A stretch of DNA of 39,102 nt from Chiloscyllium plagiosum (Eukaryota), in assembly GCF_004010195.1 (NCBI RefSeq), contig NW_025214965.1, forward strand, positions 17,432 to 56,533, written 5' to 3'. Positions within the stretch are counted from its first letter, which is position 1. Each line of letters begins with the position of its first letter. The notes under the pieces were generated by a model. That model saw only the letters and a program-made list of their open reading frames with translations, had not been told where the DNA came from and did not search any database. Both the position numbers and the translations under genes were made by a program. This document shows positions 35,191 through 39,102 of the stretch, piece after piece.

Positions 35191-37990
35191 AAAGAATCAA
35201 ACTGTATTCATTCATTAATTGAATCAAACTTCAATTGGATATTCAATGAATCATACATTATTCATTGATTCAATGAAAAGGCAATGGGTTCAACGAATCA
35301 ACCATTATTTACTGATTCAATAAAACAAACTTAACACATATATTTAAATAATCAAACTGCACTCATTTATTTACTGAACCAAACTACATTTAATGAATCC
35401 AACTGCACTCATTGATTGACTGAAAAAACTGCATACATTCAATCAATCAAACTGCGCTCAGTCATTCAATGAAACAAACTGCACGTGTTAATTCATGAGT
35501 CGAGCTTATCTCGTTAAATCAATGTCTCGAGCTTAACCCATTCATTCAATGAAACAAATTTCATTCATTTATTTATACAATCAAACGTTAATCGTACATT
35601 CAATGAATGATACAAACTTAACACATACATTTAAGCAATGCAACTGCATTCAGTCATTCATTGAATCAAACTTCAATCGTACATTCATTGTATCAAACGC
35701 TATTCACTGACACAATGGAACAAACATATCATTCATTTAGTGAATACGAATGCATTCATTCTTTCAATGAATCAAACTGCACTCAGTCATTCAATGAAAT
35801 AAACTGCACATGTTAATTCAAAGAGTAGAGCTTCTCTCATTCATTCAATGTCTCAAGCTGAACTCATTTTTTCAGTCGCTCATTCAATGAATCAAACGTT
35901 AATCATTGATTCAATGAAACAAACGTAGCTCATGCTTTTAAAGAATCAAATTGCATTCATCGATTCAATGAATTAAACGTCAATCATTAATTACACGAAT
36001 GAAGCGAGATTCATTGATTCAATAAAACAAACTTAAATCATATAAATAATAAATCAAACTGCGCTCATTTATTTACTGGAACTAACTGCATTCATTGATT
36101 CAAAGAATCAAACGTAACTCATACTTTTAACGAATCAAAGTGCATTCATTCAATCAAACATCAGTCGAACATTCAATGAATCAAACGTTTTTCATTGTTT
36201 CAATGAAACAAGCTTAACACATTCTTTTAAAGAAGCCCACTGCCTTCATTCATTCAATGAATGAAACTGCACTCAGTCTTTCAAAGAAAAAAAAACTGCA
36301 CGTGTTAATTCAATTCATTCATTCAAAGTCTCAAACTTATCTCATTCATTCAAAGAATCAAATTGCATTCATTCATTCATTGAATCAAACTTCAATCAGA
36401 CGTTAAATGAATCAATGGAAGAAACGTAATTCATACTTCTAACGAATCAAACTGCATTCATTTATTCAATGAATCAAACGGCAATCATCCATTCAACGAA
36501 TCAAACGTTATTTATTGATTCATTAAAACAATCTTAACTCATATTTAATTAATCAAACTGCACTCATTTATTTACAGAAACTCATTCATTCAATGTCGCA
36601 AGTGTAACTCATTCATTCAATGAAACAAACTGCATTCATTCATTCAAACTTCAGACATTCATTCAATGAATCAAACGTTATTCATTGATTCAATGAAACG
36701 AAAATAAGTCATACTTTTAACGAATCAACTTGCATTCATTCATTCGATGAATTAAATTTCAATCATTCAGTCAATGAATGAAACGTTATTTATTGATTCA
36801 ATCAAACAATCTTAACTTATACATTGAATCAATCAAACTGCACTCATTTATTTACTAAAACAAACTGCATTCAGTCATTCATTGAATCAAACTTCAATCG
36901 CACGTTTGCTGAATCGAACGTTATTCATTGACACAAAGAAACAAACTTAACACATTCATTTTATGAATCAACGGCATTCATTTAATCAATGAAATAAACT
37001 GCACGTGTTAATACAATGAGTAGAGCTTCTCACATCATTCAATGTCTCAAGCTTAAGTAATTCATTCAAAGAACCAAACTGCATTCATTCATTAAATAAA
37101 ACTACAATCATTCACTCAATGAATCAAACGGTATGTATTGATTCAATGAAACAAACGTAATTCATACTTATAACGAATCAAACGGCATTCGTTCATCCAA
37201 CGAATCAAATGTTATTTATTGATTCAATCCAAAAACCTCATCTCATACATTTAATGGTTCAAACTGCACTCGTTTACTTATTAAAACAGACTAAATTCTT
37301 TCTTACAGTGAATCAAACTGCACTCATTCATTCAATGAATCAAACCGCAGGTGTTAATTCAATAACTAGAGCATATCTCATTAATTCAATGTCTCGTCTT
37401 TAACGCAAACATTCAATGAAACAAACAGCATTCATGCATTAATTGAATCAAATTTCAATCGAACATTCAATGAATCAAACGTTATTAATTGATTCAATGA
37501 AACAAACATAACACATTCATTTAATGAATCCAACTGCATTCATTCGTAAAATGAATCAAGCGGCACTCGGTTATTCAATGAAACAAACTTCAGGGTATAA
37601 TTCTATAAGTAGACCTTCTCTCGTTAGCTCAATGTTTCAAGCTTAACTCAGTCATTCATTGAATCAAATGTTGTATATTGATTCGTTGAAACTATCGTAA
37701 CTCACGCATTTATGAATCAAACTGCACTAATTTATTTACTGAAACAAACTGCACTCATTCTTTCATTCAGAGAAGCAAACTGCACTCATTCGTTCAATGA
37801 AACAAACAGCACGTGTTCATTCAAAGATTAGAGCTTACGTCATGAATTCAATGTCTCGAGTTAACGCATTCATTCAATTAAACAAACTGCAATCATTCTT
37901 TCATTGAATCAAACATCAGTCGTACATTTAATGAATCAAACTACATTCATTTATTCAAGAAACAAACTTAATGAGTCCAACTGCATTCAT
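35191..37990 (+). repeat. 27-bp-based satellite, forward block (diverged)
   Basis: Forward motifs resume directly after the LINE TSD. Confidence 0.9.
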
Positions 37991-39102
37991 TGAATGAATG
38001 ATTGAACTTTGTTTCAATGAATGTAGTTTGATTCTTTGAATGAATGAGTTAAGCTCGATACATTGAGTGAATGCGAGAAGCTCTACTCATTGAATTCACA
38101 ATTGCAGTTTTATTGACTGAAAGAATGAGTGCAGTTCGATTCACTGAATGAATGAATGAATGAATGCAGTTTGTTTCCGTAAATACATGAGTGTAATTTG
38201 ATTAATCACATGTATGACTTAAGTTTGTTTCATTGAAACAATAAATAACGTTTGATTCCTTAATTGAATGATTGAAGTTTGATTCAATGAATGAATTAAT
38301 GCAGTTTGATTCGTTTAAATTATGAGTTACGTTTGTTTCATTGAATCAATGAATAACGTTTGACTCAAAAAAAGTCCATTTGAAGTTGATTCAATCAATG
38401 AATGAATGCAGATTAATTTGTTTAAGTTATGAGTTAGGTTTGTTTCATGGAATCAATCAATGACGTTTGATTCATTGCATGAAAGATTGAAGTTTGGTAC
38501 AATGAATGAATGCATGCGGTTTGTTTCATTGAATGAATGCGTTAAGCACGAGATATTGAATTGATGAGATAATGTTGCACTGAGTCAATAAATAACGTTT
38601 GATTCATTGACTGAATAAATGCAGTTTGATTCATAAAAATAGGAGTTACGTTTGTTACATTGTTCAATTAATCATGTTTGATTCATTGAATGTACGATTG
38701 AAGTTTGATTCATTGAATGAAGTAATGCAGTTTATTTCGTTGAATAAATGTGTTAAGCTTGGATCATTGAATTCATGAGATAAGCTCTATTCATTGAATG
38801 AACACGTATCATTGAAAGAAGGAGTGCAGCTTGACTCAATGAATGAATTCGTGAATCTCATTTCTCAGTAAATAAACGGGTGCAGTTTGACTCATTAAAT
38901 GTATGACTTAAGTTTGTTTAATTGAATCAAGAAATAACGTTTGATTCATTGAATGAATAAGTGAAGCTGTACTCATTGAATTAACACGTGCAGTTTGTTT
39001 CATTGAATGAAGGAACACAGTTGGATTCGTTACATGAATGTGTTAAGTTTGTTTCATTAATCAATGAATAACGTGTGATTCATTGAATATACGATTAATG
39101 TT
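37991..39102 (-). repeat. 27-bp-based satellite, inverted block running off the window
   Basis: The switch is at the quasi-palindrome CATTCA-T-TGAATG (37984-37996), with reverse-complement motifs thereafter. Confidence 0.9.

Noticed and set aside
31658..35268. Plus-strand ORFs (31658, 32214, 33564, 33610, 34061, 34604, 34734, 34993)
   Set aside because: They are antisense shadows of the LINE ORFs and UTR, with no independent coding signal.
5354..39102. Heat-shock elements, or identity with human HSat2/3
   Set aside because: TTC and GAA are separated by 3 nt here (TTCAATGAA), not the 2 nt of an HSE. The periodicity is 4 and 27 bp rather than the 5-bp CATTC period.

Overview
Gene-free, repeat-only vertebrate DNA. 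The retroelement sequences look elasmobranch (shark-like), which is an inference from family resemblance, not a database result. Layout: (1) the 3' end of a CR1-clade LINE (1-84). (2) A ~5.3 kb C-rich 55-bp tandem repeat with internal block duplications (85-5353). (3) An abrupt switch to a ~34 kb AT-rich satellite built on a 27-bp unit (TTCAATGAATCAAACTGCATTCATTCA). It forms a homogeneous ~590-bp higher-order array (243+239+108 bp) from ~6.1 to 18.65 kb, then an older mosaic that changes orientation at least seven times. (4) Insertions in the satellite: three CR1 fragments, one full-length but decayed ~4.2 kb CR1 (zinc-finger/leucine-zipper/SGNH-esterase ORF1; APE endonuclease plus RT ORF2) carrying a near-identical internal non-tandem duplication, and a 93-bp Penelope-like terminal fragment with a 14-bp TSD and a hammerhead-ribozyme-like core. 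All listed ORFs are explained by repeats or LINE remnants. I see no host gene and no clear new multi-gene system. The best leads are the palindrome-linked inversion and fold-back pattern of the satellite, its 27-bp hierarchy, and the hammerhead-like insert.
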